64,000 nt of DNA, taken from assembly GCF_006345805.1 (NCBI RefSeq), contig NC_043022.1:2170001-2234000 (forward strand). Reading direction: 5' to 3'. Shown piece after piece: positions 38,564-51,996 of this stretch. The position numbers and the translations under genes are program-made. This DNA is from Octopus sinensis. Lineage: Eukaryota. The notes below the pieces were generated by a model. That model was not told the DNA's origin. It ran no database searches and saw only the letters and a program-made list of their open reading frames with translations. How positions within the stretch are numbered: the first letter of the stretch is position 1; each line of letters opens with the position of its first letter.

Positions 38564-39202
38564 CTATAAAAAACAAAAACAACATAATACTATTCTGGGA
38601 CAAATATTCACAAAATTACTGAAAATAACTAGGCATGTCTCTGTGGTAAGAAGTTTGTTTTCCAACCACATGGTTCTGGGTTCAGTTCCACAGTGTGGAA
38701 ACTTGGGTAAGTGTCTTCTACAATGGCCTTGAGCTCACCAAAGATTTGTAAGTGGATTTGGTAGATGGAAACTGAAAGAAGTCCGTTAACCAGCCGACTC
38801 CAAGTACCTTGGATCATAGGGCGACATGCTGTGCTTGAGGAGACCCTATTGAGTCAAGTACTTCAACATCAACAGCAATATCAAAATCAAATCAAATGGA
38901 GATGGTAGTTTTGACCCCCATGTCGGTGGCACGTAAAAAGCCCCATCCAAACATGGCCGATGCCAGTGCTGTTTTGACTGGCTTCAGTGCCGGTGGTATG
39001 TAAAAAGCACCCACTATACACTTGGAGTGGTTGGCGTTAGGAAGGGCATCCAGCTGTGGAAACACTGCCAAATAAGACTGGAGCCCGGTGCAGCCTCCTG
39101 GCTTCCCTGACCCCAGTCGAACCACCCACCCATGCCAGCATGGAAAACAGACTTTAAACATTGATGATGATGATGATGATTATATATACATACATTCATA
39201 TA

Positions 39203-40318
39203 TCTTTATATATATAAAACTGAGAATGTGTGTCTGTCTGTCTGTGTGTTTCCCTAAAACTTGAGAACTACACAACCAATTTCATTCAAATTTTACACAT
39301 GCCTTACTTAGGGTCCGGGGAGTGTCATCAGCAAAAAGAATTTTGAACTTTTTGCCTAGGGCGAGCCCACAGCAATATCATATCTTCTCCACTACGATTC
39401 CCTAAAACTTGAGAACTACACAACCAATTCCATTCAAATTTTACACATGCCTTACTTAGGGTCCATGTAGTTTCATGGGCAAAAAAATGTTCAACTTCTT
39501 GCCTAGAGCGAGCCCATAGCAATATCATATCTTCTCCACTATTTCAGTATTACGTGTTAAAAGTGAAACAAAAACGTTTCTCTATTTTATGTCAGATACT
39601 TTCACTTTAACAATAAAAATAATAATAACAATTGAATTATATGTAGTAAGTAATAATTAAAATCAAACTAAAGTATAATATAATCGTAACATACAAAAGT
39701 AAAAATAGCAATTGGTATAAAATTGCATCAATGACTTGAACTTGAATAAGTGGTTTCACATGAATGGGAGTAAATTAAAATAAAATTAGCGTGCAGAAAT
39801 GGAATAGTCCAGATGGATAATAAAAAATTAAATTTGAACACATGGAGAAAAGCACCTTCAAAAAGTGTCTTGGTGCGACTATGAAAGGTATCTAATCAGA
39901 GGCGGTAAATTCGCCACAATAGAAGAAAGGTTCGAGTCAACGGAGCGTGCAAGGGAGTACTCGACTCAACCTTACAAAGTGCAAATATTTTATTTTTACC
40001 TTTATATCTGGAACGTAGGATGTCCCGGAAAAAAATTTTAAATGCCCCCCTCCCCCCAGAAGTAGAGGTAGGCTGGATTGTAGCCACACTTCTATACAAG
40101 AGGGAGGAGAAGATACAATTGATCGAAATTACAAGAGACGGGCTAACAATTCCAGTCTGTTATATATTTTGAGTATTGTTATCACTAGCGATATCAAGAT
40201 ATAACTTTGTATTTTGTATTTTATGTGTAGATGTATATATATAGATGTACATGTAATATATACACATATATACATGCACTAGCACTATGACCTGGCAACG
40301 ACGGGTCTTTAATGCTAC
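39203..40318 (+). mobile_element. Non-autonomous Helitron (~1.1 kb) with internal ~147-bp duplication
   Basis: A|TCTTTATATATATAAAAC start; hairpin GACCTGGCAACGACGGGTC (40289-40307) then CTAC|T (decayed CTAG); duplication ~39251-39541. Confidence 0.65.
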
Positions 40319-41507
40319 TATATATATATATATATACTTTATTTAAAAGCAGCAGAAATTCAACAAAACCTGTTACTCAGAGTTTCACGTTCCCATTTGT
40401 TGGACAGTTTTGTTAAAATAGAAACGATATGACAATTCTATCAAGACTAGTATAAATGTTACACCTTTAAAAATGGACTTGTTTGATTGGTCCTATATAT
40501 ACATATAGGTGCAGGCATGGCTATGTAGTAAGAAGCTTGCTTCCCAACCACATGGTTGCAGGTTCAGTCCCACTGCATGGCACTTCGGCAAGTGTATTCT
40601 ACTATATCCTCGAGCTGACCAAAGCCTTGCAAGTGGATTTGGTAGACGGAAAGTTAGAGAACCCCATTATATATATATATATTTATGTGTGTCTTTGTGT
40701 CTCTGTTTGTCCCCGCCAACATCGCTTGACGACCAATGTTGCTATGTTTACATCCCCATAACTTATCAGTTCGGAAAAAAGCCTGATAGAATAAGTACTA
40801 CACTTAACTAGGCTTACAAAGAATAGGTCCTGAGGTTGATTTGTTTGACTAAAGGCAGTGCTCCAGCATGGCCACAGCCAAATGACTGAAACAAATAAAA
40901 GAATAAAAGATTATATATATATATATTATAGGCACAGGAGTGGCTGTGTGGTAAGTAGCTTGTTTACCAACCACATGGTTCCGGGTTCAGTCCCACTGTG
41001 TGGCACCTTGTTCAAGTGTCTTCTACCATAGCCTCGGGCCGACCAAAGCCTTGTGAGTGGATTTGGTAGACGGAAACTGAAAGAAGCCCGTCGTATATAT
41101 GTATATATATATATGCGTGTGTGTGTTTGTGTGAGTGTGTTTGTTCCCCCCTAGCATTGCTTGACAACCGATGTTGGTGTGTTTATGTCCCCGTTATTTA
41201 GCGGTTCGGCAAAAGAGACCGATAGAATAAGTACTGGGCTTACAAAAAGAATAAGTCCCGGGGTCGACTTGCTCGACTAAAAGGCGGTCCTCCAGCATGG
41301 CCACAGTCAAATGACTGAAACAAGTACAGGAGAGTAAAAGAGTAATATATATATGTTTAAATGGATGAATGAATTATCCTTTGTTTACCGTTAACATGGA
41401 AAATTTAATAAACAGTTACCAGGGTAGCAAAATTCACGCAAGTAACACGGATGAAGCGACCAATTCAAAGGTAGAAACTCCGGGTTAATGTGCAGTAATT
41501 TGTGTAT

Positions 41508-41960
41508 TATAAGTAAATAAATGGAGTTGAACGAAGATGTTATTAAAATTCTTTTACTTCCGACATATGTCTTTATAGTTTGAACAGTTAGTTTAACTTG
41601 CACATTACTTCAATAGAGAAATCTACTTCTAAGCCTTTGAACATTTTTTCAACCAACGTATCCCTCTTTACTTGTTCTCTACTTATTATTTCTTTAACCC
41701 TTCTCTTCCTGGTATCTGCCTTTGAAATCAAATCTACTAACAGTTTTTTAAATACTTAATAACGTTCTGTTTATCATTTAGGCAGTCATCGTAATTGTTA
41801 TAATGTCTTGTTGAGATAGGCTCTCTTTCTTTCCTGATGAGAAGATTGCATTTTTACACTGTTTATTCCTTTGGAATAAACCCATGTTGTCTTCAAAACA
41901 TATGTCGAAAGTAAAAGAATTTTAATGACATCTTCATTCAACTCCATTTATTTACTTATA
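41508..41960. mobile_element. PLE-like element (family HHR-2) with inverted partial terminal copy
   Basis: 41508-41570 is the reverse complement of ~41898-41960; 41658-41960 is the reverse complement of 44824-45124; HHR at 41829-41911 with GAAA changed to AAAA. Confidence 0.75.
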
Positions 41961-42010
41961 TATATATACACACACATATTTCATCTGTCTTCCCTTCTAT
42001 TGGACTCTCT

Positions 42011-42046
42011 GTTTCCAAAGAAGAGTGTCTGCTCGAAACGTTAAAC
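42011..42046 (+). ncRNA. Decayed minimal hammerhead motif
   Basis: GTTT-CCAAAGA-A-GAGT-gtct-GCTC-GAAA-CG-TT-AAAC; helices intact, core CTGAAGA mutated. Confidence 0.4.
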
Positions 42047-42791
42047 CATCTTTCTTCCCTTCCCTGAGTGTCTCCTCATACTTTACATGTACCACGTCCT
42101 CAAGTTGTTTTCTTGTGTTTGTTCTTCATTTTTTGGAATTTACTGATATATATATATATATATAATATATATATATATATAATATATATATATATATGAG
42201 TTGGAAAATCTCTATACATTGTCTCTCTCATTTTATATATACATATATAGGTAGGTAAACAGACAGATAGATAGATATACACGTGTAATTATGTGTGGGA
42301 GCGTACGTATATGTATTATGTAGGTAGGTGAGATGAATTTAATTCTCTGTCTGAAGAATTTCTTATAGGTAATCAGGAAATTCCTTACATGTCTATCTAA
42401 CATGTAAAACAACATAATTCCTATTGGCAAACGAAACATGTGTAATGGTGAATAAAGAATACCAATAAATTTCCCAACTTCCTGTTTTATTATATGTGTA
42501 CACACACACACACACACACACACATATATGACAGTATGTTATAAAGAACTATTTTATATACATTTTATGTAAAACTATTTTTAGGTTATTTTAATGTATG
42601 ACTTATATAGAGGTAGCATTGTTTTTGTTCTTGTTTACAGAATGTGTGTGTGTGTGTGTGTGTGTGTGTGTTGTTGTTGTTGTTGTTATTGCTCAATGTC
42701 CCTGCTTGACCGTTTCTCTCTCTGCTTTGAAGTAGCTCAAATGACTTCAGTGGCAAAGAAATGCGAACATTCAAAGGGAAATATGAGTGTA

Positions 42792-42823
<32 letters not shown>

Positions 42824-42829
42824 TGTGTC

Positions 42830-42873
<44 letters not shown>

Positions 42874-43574
42874 TGTTTGAGAGAGAGAGGAGAGAGAGAG
42901 AGAGAGAGGACTGTGTAGGAAGTGAGAAGAGACGAAGGGAAGCGAGAGGGAGACTGTGTAGGAAGGTAAGACAGAAGAGAGATAGAGAGAGATAAAAACA
43001 GAATAGAGGCAGAGAGAGAGAGAGAGAGACTGTGTAGGAAGGTGAAGAAGAGAGAGACTGTGTAGGAAGGTACAGAAGAGAGATAGAGAGAGATAAAAAC
43101 AGAAATAGAGGCAGAGAGAGAGAGAGAGAGACAGAATTGAAAAGTGTGAGAGGGAGAGAGAGAGAGAGAGAGAATGATAGGGAGAGAGAGAGAGAGAGAG
43201 AGAACACAAAGAAGAAAAAGCAGAAAAGAAAAAAACTGGTCTACTTTCTTAACTCATTAACAACAGCCAGCATCATATTACAATGGTGTGTGTGAGTATC
43301 AGGAGTGTGTGCATATATATGTGTGTGTGTGTATACATATATATATGTGAGTGTGTACATATGCGCACATGCGCGTGTGAGTGTGAATATATATTTATGT
43401 GTATGTGTGTATATATACACTTACAAACACAATATATATATATATGCAAATATATGTGCCTATGTGCATGTATATACATGTATACATACACACACATATA
43501 TATGTATGTACGTGTGTGTTTGTGTGTATAGAGATATCTTGCTCTCTCTCCTTCCTTCCTATATATATTTATAT

Positions 43575-43619
<45 letters not shown>

Positions 43620-43713
43620 GTATATATATATATATTATATTCTTTACTTTTATTCTTTTACTTGTTTCAGTCATTTGACTGCGGCCATGCTGGAGCACCG
43701 ATATATATATACA

Positions 43714-43749
<36 letters not shown>

Positions 43750-44307
43750 TATATACATACATATACATACACACACACACACACACAAACATATATATAT
43801 ATATATATATATATATTCACACACACACATTTTATTGTGAAGGCCCCCCCCCCCCGGCACCAACCAGCACCCAAAGACTACCAAAGAGAAGAGTCACATG
43901 GACACAGACTGGCACAACACACACACCACACACATACAAACACACACACACACATACACACACACACATTCACATATCCATAGAAACACATATTTCTGTG
44001 TTTCTTTCTTCGCTTCTCTCTTTCTTCCTCCTCAAAGTAATTCTTCCTCTCTCTCTCTCTCTCTCTCTCTATCTCTGTATATCTTTTGTGAAAAAGGAAG
44101 TCCAGATGATGAAATGTTGTATGGCAGATATTACCGAGAAAAGGCATTTGCATAAACAGGTGTGTGTGTGTGTGTGTGAGAGAGAGTATGTGTGTGCGTG
44201 TGAAAGAGAGAGATAGAGAGTATGTGTGAATACATATATAAATGCAAGTATATATATAAGTAACATATGTGTACATATATATACATATGTATATGTATGT
44301 ATGTATG

Positions 44308-44339
<32 letters not shown>

Positions 44340-44364
44340 TATATATACATATTATATATATTAT

Positions 44365-44399
<35 letters not shown>

Positions 44400-44869
44400 C
44401 ATATATATTATAATCATCTTCATTTCACTTCCTTTTTACAATGTTAGCGTGGATTGTGTGTGTATATGTAAGAAGCCTAGAGGCACACCCAGCATCCAAA
44501 CTCTATCTACTCATCCCTATAGAACACTGAAGAGATGGAGGAGGTAGCATGGAGGATATCGGGGGTAGAAACGGCCGTAAGGAACTGATCTTTGACTCCT
44601 TTATGCACTACTAGTATATATTTGTGTAGCACACAGTCTTTGCATGTGTATGTACTCCTATGATACTTCCTTGTGTTTTAGAATAAATAGACATAAGGGA
44701 ATGTCTACCGGCTGATGTATGTCATTTTTGTATCCCCTCCATTTTCATTTTTGCTGTACATATCTATGTATGTACGTACGGACGAAATGCTTAAAGTCAA
44801 ATCGTCCAACCCATGCTAGCATTAAGTAAATAAATGGAGTTGAACGAAGATGTTATTAAAATTCTTTTA

Positions 44870-44951
44870 CTTTCGACATATGTTTCGAAGACAACATGGT
44901 TTTATTCCAAAGGAATAAACGGTGTAAAATGCAATCTTCTCATCAGGAAAG
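44870..44951 (-). ncRNA. Canonical-core type I hammerhead ribozyme (family HHR-2)
   Basis: CTTTC-CTGATGA-GAAGA...TCTTC-GAAA-CATATG-TC-GAAAG: all core nucleotides, GUC site, palindromic helix III ACATATGT, extended helix II with inner hairpin TTTATTCC-ttt-GGAATAAA. Confidence 0.85.
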
Positions 44952-47820
44952 AAAGAAAGCCTATCTCAGCAACAAGACATTATAACAATTACAATGACTG
45001 CCTAATTGATAAACAGAACGTTATTAAGTATTTAAAAACCATTAGTAGATTTGATTTCAAAGGCAGATACCAGGAAGAGAAGGGTTAAAGAAATAATAAG
45101 TAGAGAACAAATAAAGAGGGATACATTAAACAATGACGTTAAACAATGACGATGATTTCAAATTTTGATGCAGGGCCAGTATTTTTTGAGGGAAGGGAGA
45201 TAGTCGATTACATCGACCCCCAGTAATTCACTGGTACTTATTTTATCAACCCTGAAAGAATGAACGTCAACCCGGGTGGAATTTCAACTCAGAATCTAAT
45301 GTCGGATGAAATCTCACTAAGCACTTCCTGAAACATACAAACAATTCTTCCAACCCACTGCCCTGACTTAACCCTGCTCAAACGCTATGTTAGGAATGTG
45401 CAAATATTGGATTTTAATATTTTAAGATAACGAGTTTTTAATGATCTATGAGTAGAAAATATAAAAGTTAGTTTATGCTGACCAAATACAAAGCTGAAAG
45501 GATAGGCTTAGATTTAGTGAGTTTAGTACACAGGAAACGGTTAACTTTATGAAAGGAAAGGAAACGAATAGGTGCAGGACATGTGGTAAGATTGCCTCCT
45601 AACCACATGGTTCCAGGTTCAATCCCACTGTGTGATAACCTTGGCGGACAACAGTATTGTAAGTGGATTTGGTAGATATACACTGAAAGAGTTTCTTAGT
45701 GTATTCATAGTAGATATGTGTGTGTTATCTATAAAATATATGTACACTTGGGTAAGTGTCTTCTACTATAGCTTCGGGCTGACCAAAGCCTTGTGAGTGG
45801 ATTTGGTAGACGGAAACTGAAAGAAGCCTGTCGTATATATGTATATATGTATATATATGTGTGTGTGTGTGTGTGTGTTTGTGTTTGTGTTTGTCCCCCT
45901 AGCATTGCTTGACAACCGATGCTGGTGTGTTTATGTCCCCGTCACTTAGCGGTTCGGCGAAAGAGACCGATAGAATAAGTACTGGGCTTACAAAAGAATA
46001 AGTCCCGGGGTCAAGTTGCTTGATTAAAGGCGGTGCTCCAGCATGGCCGCAGTCAAATGACTGAAACAAGTAAAAGAGTAAAGAGATACATTTTATGTCA
46101 CACACACATACATATATGTGTGTGTGTATGTACTGGTGCCATGTAAAAACACTGTTCACTCTGCTGGGTGGTTTGTGTTAGGAAGGGCATCCAGTCGTAA
46201 AAACTCTTCCAAAACAGATGCAAAAGTCTGCTGCAGGCTCATGCAGCGGACATTAAACAATGATAGTGCCGCCTGACTAGCACCCGTATTTTGCTTGTTG
46301 CTACATTCTGAGTTCAAATTCTGCCAAGGTCGACTTTGCCTTCCATCCTTTTGGGCTCCATAAATTAAGTACCAGTGACACACTGGGGCCAATGCGATCA
46401 ACCAGTCCCCTACCTCAAAATTTCAGACCTTGTACCTATAGTAGAAAAGATTATTATTATTTACATGTTGGCATGGGTTTGATGGTTTGACTAAAGACAG
46501 GCAAACGAGAAGGCTGCACGAGGCTCCAATCTGATCTGGCAGTGTTTCTACAGCTGGATGCCCTTCCTAACGCCAACCACTCTGAGAGCGTAGTGGGTGC
46601 TTGTGCACAAGAGCCAGTCAAGCAGTACTGGCATATATATACAGCAATCATTTGTCTTGAGTCCATTGTTTCACATCCACACACATACATGCATACATAC
46701 ACACATGTACACACACATACATATACACCCACCCATACATACACACATACATATACACACACACATACACCCCCCCACCCACACTTACACAAATGCATAC
46801 ACATACACACATATACATACACACATATATATATATATATATACACATATATACACATATATACACATATACATACACGCATATACACACACACATACAT
46901 ACACACCCACCCACACTTACACAAATGCATACACATACACACATATATATATATACATACACATACATACACACCCACACATAAATACACGCACATACAT
47001 ACACACATACATATACACACACCCACACACCCACCCACACCCACCCACCCACCACACACCCACACCCACACCCACACACCCACACTCACAACACCCACAC
47101 ACAAACCCACCACCCACCCACACCCCCACCCACACACACACCACACACCCACCCCCACACACACCCACCACACCCACACACCCACCACCCACCCACACAC
47201 CTACAAATAACCCTTTTCTTCCCATATTTCTGTTGAAATCCACTGCTTTCGTTCCAATCCAGTCAGAAGACAACAAAGAACTCCACAAAATAATTTTCCC
47301 GTTTTTAAAAAACAAATGTTTGAAACATAAATTATCATAAAATTTTAATGGCAAAGTTTTAATTTAGATCACTTTAAACAGGAAATTCGTATCACAGAAG
47401 CTGGGGTGGTCTTAAACGGATTGGCATCAAAAGGGTTAATGATTAATGACAAATAATTACAGACTATTTTGATGTTATCAGCTTCGTCAAACTAATAATT
47501 TAACAGGATCAATAAAATCAAAACACAGCAGTTGGGCACCAATCAGCCACTTTCTCAATACATACAAGTATGTAGGTGTATGTATATGTATGTGTGTGTA
47601 TGTGTGTGTATATGTATGCATATATACACACACACCACATACATACACATATGTATATATATATATATACATATGTGTATGTATGTGTGTGTATATGTAT
47701 GCATATATACAACACACATACATACACATATGTATATATTATATATACATATGTGTATGTATGTGTGTGTATGTGTGTGTAATGTATGCATATATACACA
47801 CACACATACATACACATATT

Positions 47821-47862
<42 letters not shown>

Positions 47863-48020
47863 TACATATAAATATATATATATATATATACATACATATA
47901 AATATATATATTTATATATACACACATATATATATGTATACATATATATTTATATACACACACACACCATATATAATATATAGAGAGAGAGAGATAGCTC
48001 TGTATGCACACATACACACA

Positions 48021-48065
<45 letters not shown>

Positions 48066-48407
48066 GTACATGTATGTGTGTATCATCATCATCATCATCA
48101 TCATTTAACGTCCGTTCTCCATGCTAGCATGGGTTGGACGGTCGACCGGGGATCTGGGAAGCTAGAAGGCTGCACCAGTCCAGTCTATCTGGCAATGTTT
48201 CTACAGCTGGATGCCCTTCCTAACGCCAACCACTCCGTGAGTGTAGTGGGTGCTTTTTACGTGCCACCTATATATATATATATATATATATATACAACAC
48301 ACACACATATATATATATTTATATATACACACATACATATACATATATATATGTATATATATGTTTGTATGTGTGTATGTATGCATACAGAGCTATCTGT
48401 CTCTCTT

Positions 48408-48439
<32 letters not shown>

Positions 48440-48603
48440 GCTATATCTATCTATTTATGCATGTATATAGCTCTATCTATTTATCTATCTGTATATATGT
48501 ATGTATGTGTGTGTGTCTATGTATGTGCGTGTGTGTGTGTGTGTGTGTGCATGTATGCATGTATGTGCAAATAAACGGTAACAGATGATGGATCAATGTC
48601 AGT

Positions 48604-48684
48604 TCATTACAGCCGTTTCGTATGCATTTTTAATAGACGAATGAGTACGTTACCTCTCTTCGAAAATCCGTATTCATCAGATGA
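48604..48684 (-). ncRNA. Degenerate hammerhead motif
   Basis: TCAT-CTGATGA-ATACG...CATAC-GAAA-CGGCTG-TA-ATGA; helix I and core intact, helix II has two mismatches. Confidence 0.45.
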
Positions 48685-49508
48685 TACATATAATTTCAAA
48701 GCAACATAAGAACACTCCCTGAATGCAGTGGGAAGACACCTATCGGCCAGCCACAGCTGACCACAAATATGCATGTTTGTGTGTGTGTGTGTGTAATTTT
48801 AAATTTGGATGTACACCTTGTAGTATGCCGTCCAAAGCCTGCTTCCTGTATTCGGCTACCTGATGTCAATAACAGCATGGAGGTATATGCCACTCGATTT
48901 ACTTCAGGAATTCCTTCATGTCCATAGAGTTTATAAAATACTAGCTGGCCCCATGCAGCCAAAGATGACAGCTAATTGTAGTATTTTATATCTAAATAAG
49001 GTAATTAATAATCACAGATACAAACATTCACATACTTCGCTTCTACACACACACATATACTCACACAGGGTTGAAACGCTGTTTGACTTTTCTTTTTAGC
49101 ATTGAATGTTCACCATCCCACTTCCATTGCACACACACACACAAACGTTCACATGACTGCCTTTTACATACACACACATATACTCACACAGAGTTGAAAT
49201 GCTGTTTGATTTTTTTTCCCACTGTAGAACTTCCATCATCCCACTACCACATTGACATCACCCCTTCCTCCCTTCCTTATTCATCTATCACCCCTTCCGT
49301 TCTCATTCATGTGTTGTGACAGAGAAATCCACAAAAGTATTATTATAGTAGAAGATATGGATATGAAAGAAAGAGAAAGAAAATGGAATTCACGAGATTC
49401 TTTAGTAATCACAACCTTCATTTAAACCCATCGTGCATTGGTTCCTCGAGGGTGAGATGCTGTGCAAATAGTCGTGGTGCATCATTTGATGTAGATGTGT
49501 CTCCTTGA

Positions 49509-49868
49509 GTGATTTGTCAAAAGGTACCTCGTTTTTTTTATCTCTTTCTAAGTTGTCTCTCTTTTACTCTTTACTCGTTTCAGTTATTTGACTGCAGCCA
49601 TGCTGGAGCACCGCCTTTAGTCAAGCAAATCGACCCAAGGACTTACTCTTTGTAAGCCTTGTACTTATTCTATCGGTCTCTTTTGCCGAACCGCTACGTG
49701 ACAGGGACGTAAACACACCAGCATCAGTTATCATTTGTCAAAAGGTACCTTTTGACAAATCACTTCTTTCAATTAAACTAAATTTTGGTAGTTGTATAGA
49801 GCTACCTGCATCCATGAGAAACCTGAGTTAAAAAACAAAACAAAACGAGGTACTTTTTGATAAGTTAC
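49509..49868. mobile_element. MITE-like inverted arms with internal 28-bp perfect palindrome, interrupted by a SINE-A tail (49560-49731)
   Basis: GTGATTTGTCAAAAGGTACCTCGTTTT / AAAACGAGGTACTTTTTGATAAGTTAC; palindrome ATTTGTCAAAAGGTACCTTTTGACAAAT at 49733-49760. Confidence 0.55.
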
Positions 49869-50329
49869 CTGATGTACCACAACCTCCACCGATGATGTAC
49901 CACAACTGCTCGTACAGCATCTCATATGCATTTTCTTTTCATCTCTCATATGTTATGTGTGTATGTGTGTATGCATGGTTGGCCAGAAGTCACCCTACAG
50001 TAAATCAAAATACCATAAATACTCTCTGCTGTCATTTTGTATTGACTCAAATGGAAAACTGTGTCGCTCAAGAAGGACTTCAGTTTCAACAAGTTTCATA
50101 TTTTTTCTTATAGTTAGATGCTTTTATTGAATTTATTCAGTTGTTAAACATAAATCATCATCATCATCATCGTTTAACGTCCGCTTTCCATGCTAGCATG
50201 GATTGGACGGTTCAACTGGGGTCTGGGGAGCCCGAAGGCTGCACCAGGCCAGTCAGATCTGGCAGTGTTTCTACAGCTTGATGCCCTTCCTAACGCCAAC
50301 CACTCCGAGAGTGTAGTGGGTGATTTTAT

Positions 50330-50640
50330 GTGCCACCGACACAGGTGCCAGACGAGGCTGGCGAACGGCCATGCTCGGATGGTGTTTTTTATGTGCCACT
50401 GACACAGGTGCCAGACGAGGCTGGCAGACGGCCACGCTCGGATGGTGTTTTTTATGTGCCACTGACACAGGTGCCAGACGAGGCTGGCGAACGGTCACAC
50501 TCGGATTGTGTTTTTTATGTGCCACCGACACAGGTGCCAGACGAGGCTGGCGAACAACCATGCTCGGATGGTGTTTTTTATGTGCCACCGACACAGGTGC
50601 CAGACGAGGCTGGCGAACGGCCACGCTTGGATGGTGTTTT
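50330..50640. repeat. 63-bp tandem repeat x5 inside an RTE 3' UTR
   Basis: GTGCCAC(C/T)GACACAGG at 50330, 50393, 50456, 50519, 50582. Confidence 0.95.
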
Positions 50641-51291
50641 TAAACGGTTTTGATTTACTGTCAGCTGACTTTTGGCCAAGCCTGTATAAGGCGGCAAGCT
50701 GGCAGAATCATTAGCACACCGGGCAAAATGCTTAGAAGTATTTCGTCTGCCGCTACGTTCTGAGTTCAAATTCCGCTGAGGTCCACTTTGCCTTTCATCC
50801 TTTCGGGGTCGATAAATTAAGTACCAGTAACGCACTGGGGTCGATGTAATCAGCTTAATCCCTTTGTCTGTCCTTGTTTGTCCCCTCTGTGTTTAGCCCC
50901 TTGTGGGTAATAAAGAAATAAGAATCATTAGCACATTGGTCGAAAAGTTTAGTGATATTTCACTTGTTACTATGTTCGGAGTTCAAATTCTGCCGAGGTC
51001 AAATTTACCTTTCATTCTTTTGGCGTTGATAAATTAAGTACCAGTGAAATACTGGGGTTGATGTAATCGACTTAATCCCCTCCCCCATGCTGCCCTTGTG
51101 ACAAAAATTTGAAATCATTATTATATAGGGTTGGCCAAAAGTCTCCTGACAGTAAATCAAAATTCCATAAATACTCTCAGTAATTCTGTATTGACTCGAA
51201 TGGAAAAATGATGCCGCACAAGAAGGACTTCAGTCTGAACAATTTTCATATTCATTATTTACATTTGACAGATATTTGTCCTCATCTTGTT

Positions 51292-51337
51292 AACACAACG
51301 TTTCGGCTGATATACCCTCCAGCCTTCATCAGGTATC
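51292..51337 (-). ncRNA. Minimal type I hammerhead ribozyme (HHR-1), best-preserved copy
   Basis: GATAC-CTGATGA-A-GGCTG-gagggtatat-CAGCC-GAAA-CG-TT-GTGTT; helix III is the ACGT palindrome, cleavage triplet GUU. Confidence 0.75.
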
Positions 51338-51776
51338 TTGGGGAAATTTTGAACCTGGGTTCTCATTCCTAAGGTATTTTTCAATGTTATTATTATTATT
51401 ATTCTATGTTTGACTTTTGCTTTATGTCTGTACAAGTTGGCTCCAAGTCTCACCCAGAGACCTCAAGAGACAACAGGTTGGAAGTTCTGTGGGGTTTTTT
51501 TTTTGTGTTTTTTTTTTGGTGTTATACTAGTGAATGTCTAATACATAAAAATAAAATTTAAAAAAAAAATAATAATAAATAAAAATAAATAAATAAATAA
51601 AAAAAAGTTTGTTTTAAACCCTGGGATTACATAGAGAGTATTTTGCGTAGGATATGAGCAGTTCCCATGAGCACTATCTTTTGAATTTCTGCCATTTTGG
51701 GGTTTCCTGGTATCTGAGTTAGGTAGCAATCAGTCCCTTTCACTATTATTATTATTATTATTATTATTATTGTTTG

Positions 51777-51849
51777 GGTCACTGCTTGGAATTGAACTCG
51801 GAATCTTTGGGTTAGTAGCCCGCACTCTTAACCACTGCGCCATATGCCC
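51777..51849 (-). promoter_or_regulatory. tRNA-like Pol III internal promoter (SINE head)
   Basis: GGGCATA-TGGCGCAGTGG(A box)-TTAAGAGTGCGGG-CTACTAA-CCCAAAGATTCC-GAGTTCAATTCC(B box)-AAGCAGTGACC; no acceptor stem, so not a tRNA gene. Confidence 0.75.
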
Positions 51850-51950
51850 ATGGGCAATTATGGCATGGGCATGATAATAATAATAATAACAATAATAGCA
51901 ACATCGAAAAATACCATAGGAATGAGAAGCCAGGTTCGAAATTTCCCCAA

Positions 51951-51996
51951 GACACCTGATGAAGGCTGGAGGGTATATCAGTTGAAACGTTGTGTT
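51951..51996 (+). ncRNA. Minimal type I hammerhead motif (HHR-1)
   Basis: GACAC-CTGATGA-A-GGCTG-gagggtatat-CAGTT-GAAA-CG-TT-GTGTT (two G-U pairs in helix II). Confidence 0.65.

Noticed and set aside
48696-48962. 88-aa minus-strand ORF in unique sequence
   Set aside because: No recognisable motif and no clean splice pair; runs into a microsatellite.
50271-50653. VAHKKHHPS repeat ORF resembling a metal-binding repeat protein
   Set aside because: 63-bp tandem expansion inside an RTE 3' UTR.
51777-51849. Functional tRNA gene (also heads of SINE A, B, D)
   Set aside because: A/B boxes are present but the acceptor stem does not pair and each runs into a repeat body.
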